46,617 nucleotides of DNA from Catajapyx aquilonaris. Taxonomy: Eukaryota. The notes under the pieces are model-generated. The model saw nothing but the letters and a program-made list of their open reading frames with translations, was not told the DNA's origin and ran no database searches. Every line of letters starts with the position of its first letter. Position 1 is the stretch's first letter. The position numbers and the translations under genes were made by a program. Location: NCBI GenBank assembly GCA_000934665.2, contig KZ538806.1, positions 1-46,617 of the forward strand. Reading direction: 5' to 3'. Positions 46,073 through 46,617 of this stretch are shown one piece after another.

Positions 46073-46617
46073 TAAGAGAGCCAATGGCTCTATCTCGGGG
46101 TAAATTATTATTATTTTTTAGTGAACTCAGAGGACGAAAGTATGCTAGGAAATAACGAAAGGAAAATCGGGGTCTACGTCTACGTCTACGACTTCGAGAA
46201 AAGTAATTTTCAATTTTACAAATTTTCGGAATATTAGCTAAATTTTTCCAAACGAAGGTTTTGATGGTCTGCATCTCTTCCTTGCACATTTACGATTAAT
46301 TTAAGCTATCCCAACTCGGTACGGCCGAGGGAGATATGGTCATTTTTTGGAGGCCATGGAGTGTGGAATTTGCGATATATCGCAAATTTTTATTCTCCAC
46401 AATTCCAGTAGAAAATTTATTTAACCCTGGAACTGGGACGTGCTTGAAAGTCAGGGCAACTGTGATGTGGGGTCTTTTAGGACCCCATCCATATTTTAAT
46501 TTGTATTAATTTTTATATAAGGCTGGTTCCATTTCAATCCAGACGGTGGGTGCCCAGTCATGGTCTTCGATTTTTTTTAAAAAAATATATGTGAAACCCA
46601 CATCCAATTGAACCCTT

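Noticed and set aside
46421..46617. TTAA-CCCT start suggestive of a piggyBac end
   Set aside because: The partner terminus would lie outside the window, so it cannot be supported.

Overview
Intron-containing animal genomic DNA, most likely from a non-insect arthropod (inferred from the Met sequence). I could splice five recognisable genes by hand with GT-AG boundaries and consistent phases. (1) The 3' half of the juvenile-hormone receptor Methoprene-tolerant (+, PAS-B and C-terminus) with a probable ~4.4 kb 3'UTR. (2) A compact 9-exon arylsulfatase B-like gene (+). (3) A convergent secreted protein with two VWC-like domains (-). (4) The 5' part of Hsc70-interacting protein ST13/Hip (+). (5) An 11-exon, ~1181 aa sarcalumenin (-) with a large acidic Ser-Gly repeat N-terminus, apparently nested in a Hip intron. 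A sixth, unrecognised small-exon gene appears at ~18.7-22.3 kb once the MITEs in its introns are removed. Introns and spacers carry many palindromic, often nested MITEs (TA, TWA, TTAA and 8-bp target-site duplications) and tRNA-derived SINEs. All calls were made by eye and no database searches were run.
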